Assembly (NCBI RefSeq): GCF_000014785.1 | Contig: NC_008340.1 | Span: forward strand, 2,310,001 to 2,342,000 | Direction of reading: 5' to 3' | Length of the DNA stretch: 32,000 nt | From: Alkalilimnicola ehrlichii MLHE-1 | Lineage (GTDB): Bacteria > Pseudomonadota > Gammaproteobacteria > Nitrococcales > Halorhodospiraceae | In this document: piece after piece, positions 17,416 through 25,349 of the stretch | Layout: each line of letters starts with the position of its first letter | How positions within the stretch are numbered: position 1 is the stretch's first letter | The notes under the pieces: generated by a model | Told to the model about the DNA's origin: nothing | Seen by the model: the letters and a program-made list of their open reading frames with translations, nothing else | Database searches by the model: none | Program-made: the position numbers and the translations under genes

Positions 17416-19560
17416 TCAGGTGCGGGAGGACTCCATCCCCTCGCCCTGTGCACTGAAGACCGCGGAGCGGTGGCGGAGTTCCGCGGCCATCCGCGAGGCC
17501 TTCATCACCTCGCCGAACGTCTGGTAGCCCTGCGCCTCCAGCCGCTCAATGATACGAACCAGCAGCTCGGCGGTGGCCAGGGTATCGCCCAGAGCGGTGT
17601 GACGGCCGGTGATGGCAATGCCGTAGCGGTCGCACAGCGCGTCCAGCGAGTGGTCCTCCTCATCACCGTCCAGCAGGGCCGAGAGCAGCAGGGTGTCGAG
17701 CACCGGATTATCGAAGCGCACCCCGGCCTCGCGCTCCTTCATGCTGATGAACTTCATATCGAAGGCGGCATTGTGCGCCACCAGGACGGCGTCCCCCACG
17801 AAGGATTTAAACTGGGGCAGCACCACCTCGATGGGCGGCTTGTCCTGCACATCGTCGTCGGTGATGCCGTGGAAGCGCACGGAGCCAGGCGGGATGGGGC
17901 GTCCCGGATTGATGATTCGGTCAAAGGTCTCACCGGTCAGTACCCGGCCGTTCACCACCCGGACCCCGGCGATGGAGATGATCTCATCGCCCCCCTCGGG
18001 GTTCAGCCCGGTCATCTCGCAATCGAACACCACGAAACTCAGGTCGGCCAGCCGCCGGGCCGCCAGGGCCTCGTCCCCGGCATACTCCTGCATCAGCCCG
18101 AAGTCGTAGAACTCGGGCCGTGCCGGCAGCCGCTCCTCCTCCTCCATGAACTGGGGCCGGCGGGACATCATCAGCGGCAAGCGCAACAAGGCCTGCCCCT
18201 CGCGCCTGCCCGTCTGGCTCCAGGGCTCACAGCCATGCCGCTCCAGGATATCCCCCAGGTGCTGGCCGCCCACCTCATCGCCGCCGCAGGGGATCGCCAT
18301 CCAGCGGTTCAGCTCGCCGGTAGTGATCGGCTCGCCCTGCCAGCTGATGTCCACGTACACCCGGGTATCGCCCAGCAACGCCTCCACATCGAAGGCCGTC
18401 GCGCCGGTATGGTCATGCACCTGTCGCACCAGGCAATCCAGCGCCAGCATCAGTGAAAGGCTGTCGCCATGGACCCAGAGCGGCAGCCCCACCAGGGTCA
18501 ACCGGACGTCCGGGAGGTCCATCAGCCGCTGCTGCAGGCAGTTGACCAGATCCCCCACGAAGACGTCGGCCATGGGCCACCGCCCCAGGTTGTAGCCCCG
18601 GATCTGGTGGGCCAGCTCGTCGATCTGCTCGCTCAGCTTCTCACTCTCGCTGCGAATGACGGCATCGAACGACTGGCGCTCCTCCGGCTTCATGTCCGGA
18701 TAGCTGGCCACGGTCTCCGCGGCGGCGCGCAGGTTGCCCACCACGCCACGCAGGTCGCGGGTGAGCGCCCGGCGCACGGCGTCACCCTGGGCCAGTCGGG
18801 TGAGATCGCTGGAGATGTCCACCAGGGTGATGAGATAACCGGTAATCTGGCCCTGGCTGTTCTGAATCAAGGCCATGCGCCCATGGAACATGCGCTGGGC
18901 ATCGGCGCTGGTGCAGACGAAGGGGGCGGAGAGTTCCGTCGGCAGGTCCACATCGCCCTTGTGGCGGCGCTCCAGGCGCTCCAGGGTGTGCTGCACCGGC
19001 GGACTGGAGAGCACGTTGAACAGGGGGCGGCCGAGACCGATGGCCTCCGGGTGTCCGAGGATAGTCCCGGCCGCCCGGTTGTAGAGCATGATCTGGTGCT
19101 GGCGGTTGCAGACCAGCACCCCTTCGCTGAGTCCCTGCAGGATGGTCTCCAGCCAGGTCTTCTGCTCGGAGAGTTCGGCGGTGGCCGATTGCATGGCCTT
19201 GCGGGTCTCTCGCCGCGACTTGCGCAACGCATCGGCCAGTGACTCCACCGTGGTCGGCAGGTCCCCGAGGGCATGGCGCCGGGGGAGGATGATCTCCTGG
19301 TTCGCCTGGCGGGATTCCAGCAGCGCCCGGACCCCGCGGCTGAGCTTCCGGGAGGGCCGCATCAACAGGCGCTCCAGCAAGAGCCAGCTGACCAGCCCGA
19401 CGGCCACCACCCCAAGTACCCCGAGGCTGGCCACCAGCGCGGTGTTATCGGTGCCCCCCGGCTCGCTGGGCGTGACGCTGTAGACCGCGAGCACCACTAT
19501 GGCGGCGGCGACGGCAACTGCGCCCGTCAGGACCCAGGTGACGAAGGGCCGCTGCCGCAT
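17416..19560 (-). CDS. Membrane-anchored HAMP/PAS protein with a degenerate histidine-kinase-like core fused to a C-terminal DnaQ/PolC-like DEDDh 3'-5' exonuclease
   Basis: N-terminal TM helices, linker with PSRKLSRGVRALL..., PAS (QKTWLETILQGLSEGVLVCNRQHQIMLYNRAAGTIL), kinase-like helices without phospho-His (LTRDLRGVVGNLRAAAETV). C-terminal exonuclease: FVVFDCEMTGLNPEGGDEIISIAG, HNAAFDMKFI, RHTALGDTLATAELL. Confidence 0.88.
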   Translation of the reverse strand: MRQRPFVTWVLTGAVAVAAAIVVLAVYSVTPSEPGGTDNTALVASLGVLGVVAVGLVSWLLLERLLMRPSRKLSRGVRALLESRQANQEIILPRRHALGDLPTTVESLADALRKSRRETRKAMQSATAELSEQKTWLETILQGLSEGVLVCNRQHQIMLYNRAAGTILGHPEAIGLGRPLFNVLSSPPVQHTLERLERRHKGDVDLPTELSAPFVCTSADAQRMFHGRMALIQNSQGQITGYLITLVDISSDLTRLAQGDAVRRALTRDLRGVVGNLRAAAETVASYPDMKPEERQSFDAVIRSESEKLSEQIDELAHQIRGYNLGRWPMADVFVGDLVNCLQQRLMDLPDVRLTLVGLPLWVHGDSLSLMLALDCLVRQVHDHTGATAFDVEALLGDTRVYVDISWQGEPITTGELNRWMAIPCGGDEVGGQHLGDILERHGCEPWSQTGRREGQALLRLPLMMSRRPQFMEEEERLPARPEFYDFGLMQEYAGDEALAARRLADLSFVVFDCEMTGLNPEGGDEIISIAGVRVVNGRVLTGETFDRIINPGRPIPPGSVRFHGITDDDVQDKPPIEVVLPQFKSFVGDAVLVAHNAAFDMKFISMKEREAGVRFDNPVLDTLLLSALLDGDEEDHSLDALCDRYGIAITGRHTALGDTLATAELLVRIIERLEAQGYQTFGEVMKASRMAAELRHRSAVFSAQGEGMESSRT

Positions 19561-19982
19561 TACATACTTCCGGCGATCGGCGTCGGTGCGGAGGCCAGCG
19601 GTGTATCGCGGCCGGCCTTCATGTAGTGCGCCACCCGCCGGAGCAGATCCCGGGTGCTGAATGGCTTGGTCACGTAATCGTCCGCGCCCAGCGCCAGGCC
19701 CTTCTCACGCTCGGTTTGGCGCCCACGGGCCGTGAGCATGATAACGCCCGCATCCCGGCCCCCCGGCACCTCGCGTAACCGCTGGCAGACCTCGTAGCCG
19801 TCCTCACCAGGCAGCATCAGGTCGAGCAGGATCACTCGGGGCCGATGGACCCGCGCCAGTTCCAGGGCCTGGCATCCGTCGCAGGCCACATGCACCGGAT
19901 AGCCCTCCGCCTGCATCAGAAAACGCAGGGAGAGGACAATGTTGGGCTCATCGTCGACAACGAGAACGGAATGGGACTCCAT
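19560..19982 (-). CDS. Stand-alone response regulator receiver-domain protein
   Basis: VLVVDDEPNIVLSLRFLMQAEGY, PRVILLDLMLPGEDGYEVC, VIMLTARG, LGADDYVTKPFSTRDLLRRV. No output domain. Its stop overlaps the next ATG by 1 nt (TAATG). Confidence 0.95.
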   Translation of the reverse strand: MESHSVLVVDDEPNIVLSLRFLMQAEGYPVHVACDGCQALELARVHRPRVILLDLMLPGEDGYEVCQRLREVPGGRDAGVIMLTARGRQTEREKGLALGADDYVTKPFSTRDLLRRVAHYMKAGRDTPLASAPTPIAGSM

Positions 19983-20048
19983 GGCTCCTCCCGAAACCTT
20001 ACGCCGCCCGGGCCCTGCTTGGGGGAACCCGTTGGTTCAGCGATTATC

Positions 20049-20079
20049 GCTATAGTTTCTGGCTATAGTTTTCCAGAAA
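20049..20079. promoter_or_regulatory. Candidate regulatory site between divergent genes (response regulator operon / 83-aa membrane protein)
   Basis: Direct repeat GCTATAGTTT at 20049-20058 and 20062-20071 (13-bp period), overlapping inverted repeat TTTCTGG (20056-20062) / CCAGAAA (20073-20079), in an AT-richer gap. Confidence 0.45.
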
Positions 20080-20201
20080 ACATAGCACAGCGGGCTTACC
20101 GCCGTCATGCCGAGCCCTCCACCCCGAGCGCTTGATCAGGCGGGCGTGACTGCCTATTCTGGTCGCCCACTGAGGCGGCGCGGGCGCGCGGAGCAATCAC
20201 T

Positions 20202-20453
20202 ATGGTGCAGGAAAAGAAGCGCAGTGTTATACCACCGGATCGCGGTCTACGCATCCTGATGAAAATCGGTGTTCCTATCGGGGCCATCAGCCTGCTATCG
20301 CTGTGGCTGGCCTATTTCACCGACACCCCGATGTTGATGCCGCTGTTTCTCATTACCGCGCTCCTGGCCTTCGCCATCGGCATGGCGTACAACATTCGCC
20401 TGGTCATCCTGATGGTTCGGCAAAAGCGCCAGGCGGAGCGCCAGCAACCCTAG
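20202..20453 (+). CDS. Small hypothetical membrane protein, two predicted TM segments
   Basis: 83-aa ORF: MVQEKKRSVIPPDRGLRILMKIGVPIGAISLLSLWLAYFTDTPMLMPLFLITALLAFAIGMAYNIRLVILMVRQKRQAERQQP. It occupies the free space between convergent and divergent neighbours. Confidence 0.7.
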   Translation: MVQEKKRSVIPPDRGLRILMKIGVPIGAISLLSLWLAYFTDTPMLMPLFLITALLAFAIGMAYNIRLVILMVRQKRQAERQQP

Positions 20454-20468
20454 GCCGCCTGCGCCCCT

Positions 20469-21926
20469 TCAGATATCGCCGACCAGGGTCTTACGCAGAC
20501 GCCTGAGCAGCCCCTGGGAGGTCTTCATGCTGCGGACCAACTGATCGTGTTCCCGGCGGGTGAGGGTCTCCGGCGGCAGGTGCGGCCGGGGCGCGCGGCC
20601 CGCCGCCACCTCCTGGACCTGGTGGGCGAGCAGCAGGTGGCACATGAAGCCATGGGCGTGGGTCAGCGCGTCCAGGTCATTGGTGTTCAGCGCCCCCAGT
20701 TCATGGAGCCGCCTCATGCGCTCCCGGGTGGCGGTCGCCTCCACCCCATGGGCCAACGCATATAGGCGCACCGCCTCGACGATGGGCATGATGCCGTGGC
20801 GTTTGAGATTGATCTCGCCCTGGTGGATCGAGTCATCGGACTCCGTGACCAAGCGGTCAAACCACCCCAGCCCCACCTCTTTCGGCGAGTCGGCCAGCAT
20901 CAACGCCCGCATGAATCCCGGTGAGCCGCCCACCCGCTCCACCATCAGGCGGCGCAGCGACTGCCCGAGGGCAACGTCCCCGCAGACCACCCGAAAGTCC
21001 AGCAACACACTGGCGTTGAGCAGTACCTGGGGACGGCGGCTGCGCATCCAGTAGTCGAGTTGTGCCAGCCACTGGCTGTGGCTCTTCCGCCAGAGTGGGT
21101 TGCGGGCCATGACGTGCCCCTGGCAGTAGGGGATCCCCACCTGGTCCAGATCCCGGTTGAGCCGGGCGGCGAACTCCGCGAAATAGGCATCCACCGCGGT
21201 GTGCTCGGCGTCCGGGTAGTCGGCGATGATCAGGCCATTGTCCTGATCCGGCCCGAGGAAGCTCTCACGCCGGCCTCCCGAGCCCATCACCATGACCGCG
21301 AAGGCCGCCGGCGGCCGCCCCCAGCCATCCAGCGCCAGACCCTCCACGGCGTTGGCAGTGAGCTGGCGGTAGATGTCCTCGTTGATTCCGGACAGCAGGG
21401 CCTGGATCTCGGGGGCATCCAGCCTGTCCGCCAGCAGGTCGCCGGCCAGGTCGGACTGGGCCTGCCGGATGGCGCGCAGGCCGGATACCGTCGCCGACTG
21501 GGCGAACCGGTCCAGGCGCTCGAGGTAGCGGGGCAATCCCGCACCCAGGGCGTCGGCCCGGGACAACAGGCCAATCACCCGCCCGGCATCGTCCACCACC
21601 GGCAGGTATTGCGCACGGGTGACACGCATCACCCCCACCAGGCGGTACAACCGCTCATCGTGCCGCGCCACCCGCACCGGCCCGGTCAGCACCTCACTTA
21701 CCGGCGTCTCCGGCGCCACCCTGAAGGCCACGCGATGGGCCACGTCGCGGCCACTCAACTGCCCGACCACCCGCCCCCCGCCGCGGGTGATCACGGCGCA
21801 ATTGCTTCCCGTCTCCGCGAGCCGCGCAATGACCTTTTCGCAGGGGGTGGTACGGTCACAGACCACCACGGCCGGACGCATGGCGTCCTTGGCAGTGCGC
21901 AGGAAGAGCTCCGAATACCCAGCCAC
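20469..21926 (-). CDS. CBS-pair plus DUF294 nucleotidyltransferase-like protein
   Basis: CBS repeats (DAMRPAVVVCDRTTPCEKVIARLAETGSNCAVITRGG; YLPVVDDAGRVIGLLSRADAL), MVMGSGGRRESFLGPDQDNGLIIAD, DUF294_C-like C-terminus. Confidence 0.9.
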   Translation of the reverse strand: MAGYSELFLRTAKDAMRPAVVVCDRTTPCEKVIARLAETGSNCAVITRGGGRVVGQLSGRDVAHRVAFRVAPETPVSEVLTGPVRVARHDERLYRLVGVMRVTRAQYLPVVDDAGRVIGLLSRADALGAGLPRYLERLDRFAQSATVSGLRAIRQAQSDLAGDLLADRLDAPEIQALLSGINEDIYRQLTANAVEGLALDGWGRPPAAFAVMVMGSGGRRESFLGPDQDNGLIIADYPDAEHTAVDAYFAEFAARLNRDLDQVGIPYCQGHVMARNPLWRKSHSQWLAQLDYWMRSRRPQVLLNASVLLDFRVVCGDVALGQSLRRLMVERVGGSPGFMRALMLADSPKEVGLGWFDRLVTESDDSIHQGEINLKRHGIMPIVEAVRLYALAHGVEATATRERMRRLHELGALNTNDLDALTHAHGFMCHLLLAHQVQEVAAGRAPRPHLPPETLTRREHDQLVRSMKTSQGLLRRLRKTLVGDI

Positions 21927-22095
21927 GTTCCCTCCTTATTCCGCCCGGCCCGCGATAACCCCCCGTGCCCTCCAGTCTGGCACGGGCGCCCGGTACCGTC
22001 TGCCCCGGCGGAGGGCCCCGCGGTTTCCGGCTTAGGCCCATTGGGACCGCATCCGGTACACTCCCACCAGGCTTCGCTAACCGAGCACCTCACCC

Positions 22096-22470
22096 ATGTC
22101 ACAACGACCCCGAGAACCGCACTCCGCGGGCCAGTGGCTGCTGGCCTTCTGGTTCGCCCACTGGCACCTGGCCCGCCTGCCCCGGGACACGGACCGGCTG
22201 GCGCGGGCGGCTTGGTGTCGCGACCACTGCGGCACCTTCGCCGCCCGCTGGTTCATCCTGGCGCTGGTGCTGATTCTGATCCAGACCTCACCGCTGGGCA
22301 CCCTCTTTGTGATCGGCGGCACTCCGGTGCTGATCCTGCTGTTTCTGCCGGCCTTTCTCATCGCCATCGCGCACGTGGCCTGGCAGATCATCTCCCAGCG
22401 GCGGGCGGGACCGCCGCGCATCGACCCGCCCCAGGAGTGGGACGATCAGGACGACGACCGGCGATTCTGA
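22096..22470 (+). CDS. Small hypothetical membrane protein (124 aa)
   Basis: ORF with hydrophobic stretches FILALVLILIQTSPLGTLFVIGGTPVLILLFLPAFLIAIAHVAWQII, flanked by charged ends. Not covered by a better opposing ORF except for the last 25 bp. Confidence 0.65.
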   Translation: MSQRPREPHSAGQWLLAFWFAHWHLARLPRDTDRLARAAWCRDHCGTFAARWFILALVLILIQTSPLGTLFVIGGTPVLILLFLPAFLIAIAHVAWQIISQRRAGPPRIDPPQEWDDQDDDRRF

Positions 22471-23543
22471 TCGCAGCGCCCGGCGGCGGTCAGGGCATTA
22501 CCGGGGGTGATTAGGATGTGGTGTAGCTGGTAGGGCCGCATCATGGGGGCGTCGATATCGATGGTCATATCCATGTTCGCCACGGGGTAGGGTCGTGCGG
22601 TGATGGCCGTGTCCACCGCCTGGTGCCCGCCCACGCTGGAGAAGCCGTTGATCACGCCGGTGAAGGCGTTGCCGGCGGGCGAGACCGTCTCCAGGGGCAC
22701 ACCCGGCGTAATCTCCCCCCGGGCCGCCATCAGCGCGAGTCGGGCCGAGGTCCCGGTGCCGGTGGGACAGCGCCATATCACCCCCGGATGGCCATAGGTG
22801 GCGGAGGCGGCCCACAATCTGCCGTCGGCGCGTCGCTCTACGGGGCCCATGAAATGCAGGAACCGGGGCAGCCCCACGGCCCCCAGTTCCGGGTGCTGAT
22901 AACGGAATTCACGCTGCACGGCGTTGACGATGCGATCGGCAGTCAGGATCATGGCGTTGATCTCCGCCTCCGCCACCCGATGCCCCAGACTGGCCGCATC
23001 CACCATGATGTAATAACCCCCGCTCCAGGCCAGGTCGTAGCGCACCGTCCCCAGACCCGGCACAGTCACGGACTCATCCCTGGCCTGGATGAAGGCCGGC
23101 GAGCCCTGCGCGGTCACCGACTCCACGACCCCGTCACGATTGCGCGTGCGCACCCGGGTCAGGCCCGCCGGCGCCTCCAGGCAGAGCGACTGCTCGCCCT
23201 CCTCCATGGGGACCAGGCCCGCCTCCAGCACCGCGGCCGCGGTGGCGATGGTGTTGGAACCGGAGTAAAAGGGGTACCCCATGACCTCCATGATGACGTA
23301 GCCCAGCTGCGCCTCCGGCAGGCAGGCGGGCATGACCAGGTCGACGCACATGGAGTCGTAACCGAAGGGCTCGCTGATCAGCAACCGGCGCAGGCCGTCG
23401 GCGCGCGACTCCAGATAGTCCATGCTGTCGCGCACCGTGGGCCCCGGGCAGGGGGCCACCCCGCCCATCACCACCCGGTGCACATCCCCGCCCACGTCCA
23501 CATCCACCAGACGAAGCTGGCGCAGGCTGGCTTTAGCGCGCAT
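22446..23543 (-). CDS. Proline racemase / hydroxyproline epimerase / trans-3-hydroxyproline dehydratase superfamily protein
   Basis: PFGYDSMCVDLVMP..., YPFYSGSNTIATAAAVLEAGLVP, WSGGYYIMVDAASLG, RCPTGTGTSARLALMAARGEI, FTGVI. Start set at MRAKASLRQ. Confidence 0.9.
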   Translation of the reverse strand: MRAKASLRQLRLVDVDVGGDVHRVVMGGVAPCPGPTVRDSMDYLESRADGLRRLLISEPFGYDSMCVDLVMPACLPEAQLGYVIMEVMGYPFYSGSNTIATAAAVLEAGLVPMEEGEQSLCLEAPAGLTRVRTRNRDGVVESVTAQGSPAFIQARDESVTVPGLGTVRYDLAWSGGYYIMVDAASLGHRVAEAEINAMILTADRIVNAVQREFRYQHPELGAVGLPRFLHFMGPVERRADGRLWAASATYGHPGVIWRCPTGTGTSARLALMAARGEITPGVPLETVSPAGNAFTGVINGFSSVGGHQAVDTAITARPYPVANMDMTIDIDAPMMRPYQLHHILITPGNALTAAGRCDQNRRSSS

Positions 23544-24633
23544 GGGGGCGGCCCACCTCGTCCCATTTTCGATCAGGCACCACCACCAGCTTGCCGATAT
23601 AGGACTTTTCCATGAAATCCCGCTGCGCACGATGGAAATCGGAGAGCCGGTAGGTGTTGTACAGCAGCGCCCGCACCTGCCCCCTCTCGATATAGCCGAC
23701 CAGGCGCCGAAAATCCCCGCGGGTGCCCTGGGAGGAGCCGTGCAGTTGCAGATGCTTGAGATAGAGCGTCCGCAGATCCAACTGCACCACGGGCCCCGCG
23801 ATGGCGCCGGCCGTGGTATACCGGCCCTCCGGACGCAGCACCCGCAGCAGGTCGTTGAACAGCGGGCCGGCCACCAGATCGGCCACCACGTCGATGGGCC
23901 GGCCTTCGGTGGCCTGGTCCACCGCCGTCACCAGATCGCCACTCTCACGGGGGATGACCGCTTCGGCACCAATCCCGCGCACCGCCTCTGCCTTGTCCCG
24001 GCTGGTCACGGCGTAGGGGATGGCGCCCCGCGCCCGGCACAGCTGTATGATGCCGGAGCCCACGCCGCCGGAGGCACCGGTCACCAGCACCCGCTCCCCC
24101 GCCTGCACCCGGGCCCGTTCCAGCATGTGCTCGCCGGTCAGATAGGCACAGCAGAAGGTCGCCAGTTCGGCGTCGCTCATATCGGTATCCACCACGTGGG
24201 CGTTCTCCGAGGGCACCGCAGTGTACTCGGCATAGCCCCCGTCACGGCCGTGGCCGATGTAGTCGATATCGGCGAGGCTGTCATCCGCCCGGTTATAGAG
24301 GCTGAAGTCCACCATGACCCGCTCACCGATGCGGGCCTCGGGCACGCCCTCGCCTACGGCCACGACGGTGCCGACGATATCGGTGCCCTGGATGCGCGGA
24401 AAGGTCAGGGTCGAGCGGCCCCGGCGCCAGGTGGAGACACTGTCCGGATCGGTCTCGGTGCCGTAGGCCCCCTGCCGCACCCAGACGTCGGTGTTGTTCA
24501 TGCCGCAGGCACTGACCTCGATCAGCACCTCGCCCCTCGCCGGTTCCGGGCGCGGCACATCGTCGCGATAGACCAGGGCATCCAAATCACCGTGGCGGGT
24601 CAGTTGCACGGCGTGCATTGTCTTCTTCGCCAT
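23533..24633 (-). CDS. Zinc-binding dehydrogenase / MDR superfamily oxidoreductase
   Basis: PARGEVLIEVSACGMNNTDVWVRQGAYG, FPRIQGTDIVGTVVAVGEGV, RVLVTGASGGVGSGIIQLCRARGA, VDVVADLVAGPLF. Confidence 0.92.
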   Translation of the reverse strand: MAKKTMHAVQLTRHGDLDALVYRDDVPRPEPARGEVLIEVSACGMNNTDVWVRQGAYGTETDPDSVSTWRRGRSTLTFPRIQGTDIVGTVVAVGEGVPEARIGERVMVDFSLYNRADDSLADIDYIGHGRDGGYAEYTAVPSENAHVVDTDMSDAELATFCCAYLTGEHMLERARVQAGERVLVTGASGGVGSGIIQLCRARGAIPYAVTSRDKAEAVRGIGAEAVIPRESGDLVTAVDQATEGRPIDVVADLVAGPLFNDLLRVLRPEGRYTTAGAIAGPVVQLDLRTLYLKHLQLHGSSQGTRGDFRRLVGYIERGQVRALLYNTYRLSDFHRAQRDFMEKSYIGKLVVVPDRKWDEVGRPHAR

Positions 24634-24878
24634 AGATACGGAGTCCTCCCTGCTCGACCAATGATCGCCCTTCTACAGCAGGGGACCGGCGGCGCCAGCC
24701 ACCGCCTCCTGCGCTGTCTGCCTCGCGATTGCCCCTGATTCTAGGACCCGTGGGCGGGGTTTTACAGCCTATTGCGGTCTGACCAATTCATGTTATGTTG
24801 CAACGCAACAGAACCTGATGTAGCATTCAGCTTGCAGTGCGTTCACTGCGGCCACACGCTCATCGGAGTGCCGACACC

Positions 24879-25259
24879 ATGAATACGTCAGCTCTCAACC
24901 CCTACGCCATGCCATTGCAGCGGCTGCTGGTCAGCCCGCTGAAGGCACTGACCGGGCTCACCCTGGTCTACCTCGAGCGGTTGATGCTGGAGCAGCTGGA
25001 CAGCGCCCAGCGGCAGCACACCCAAGTCATCGAACTGGCACGCCAGGGCCTGCCCGTGACCACCGGGGACGAGCCGCAGGCCCTGTTACACGCCCAGGAG
25101 CAGGCCTTGCGCCGCTGGCAGGACGAGGTCCTGGGCGCGGCCAAGGTCCAGGCCCGCCTGCATGCGCTCTACCTGGAGCACGTACAGATTCTGAACCGGC
25201 ACACTTCCGAAGGCCTCTCCCAGGCGCTGCGCCACGAGCCCGCACGCCAAGCCGCCTGA
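24879..25259 (+). CDS. Phasin-like small helical protein
   Basis: 126 aa, all-helical and Leu/Gln/Ala-rich (LTGLTLVYLERLMLEQLDSAQRQHTQVIELARQG...AAKVQARLHALYLEHVQILNRHTSEGLSQAL), resembling phasin-family composition. Start at MNTSALNPY. Confidence 0.5.
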   Translation: MNTSALNPYAMPLQRLLVSPLKALTGLTLVYLERLMLEQLDSAQRQHTQVIELARQGLPVTTGDEPQALLHAQEQALRRWQDEVLGAAKVQARLHALYLEHVQILNRHTSEGLSQALRHEPARQAA

Positions 25260-25264
25260 TCCAC

Positions 25265-25286
25265 GGGCCGGGGGACACCCCGGCCC
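25265..25286 (+). terminator. Possible terminator-like hairpin after the phasin-like gene
   Basis: GGGCCGGGG-GACA-CCCCGGCCC, a 9-bp perfect stem, 5 bp past the stop codon. There is no T tract, so this is weak. Confidence 0.35.
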
Positions 25287-25349
25287 GCCCCTGTCTCCCG
25301 TTAGCGAAAACCGCCATAATCCCCTTTTCAGCACAGTCAGGGAGTGGCT

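Noticed and set aside
22623-24738. 330-aa and 438-aa plus-strand ORFs opposite the racemase and MDR genes
   Set aside because: Shadow ORFs of well-supported coding sequences on the minus strand, with no family motifs.
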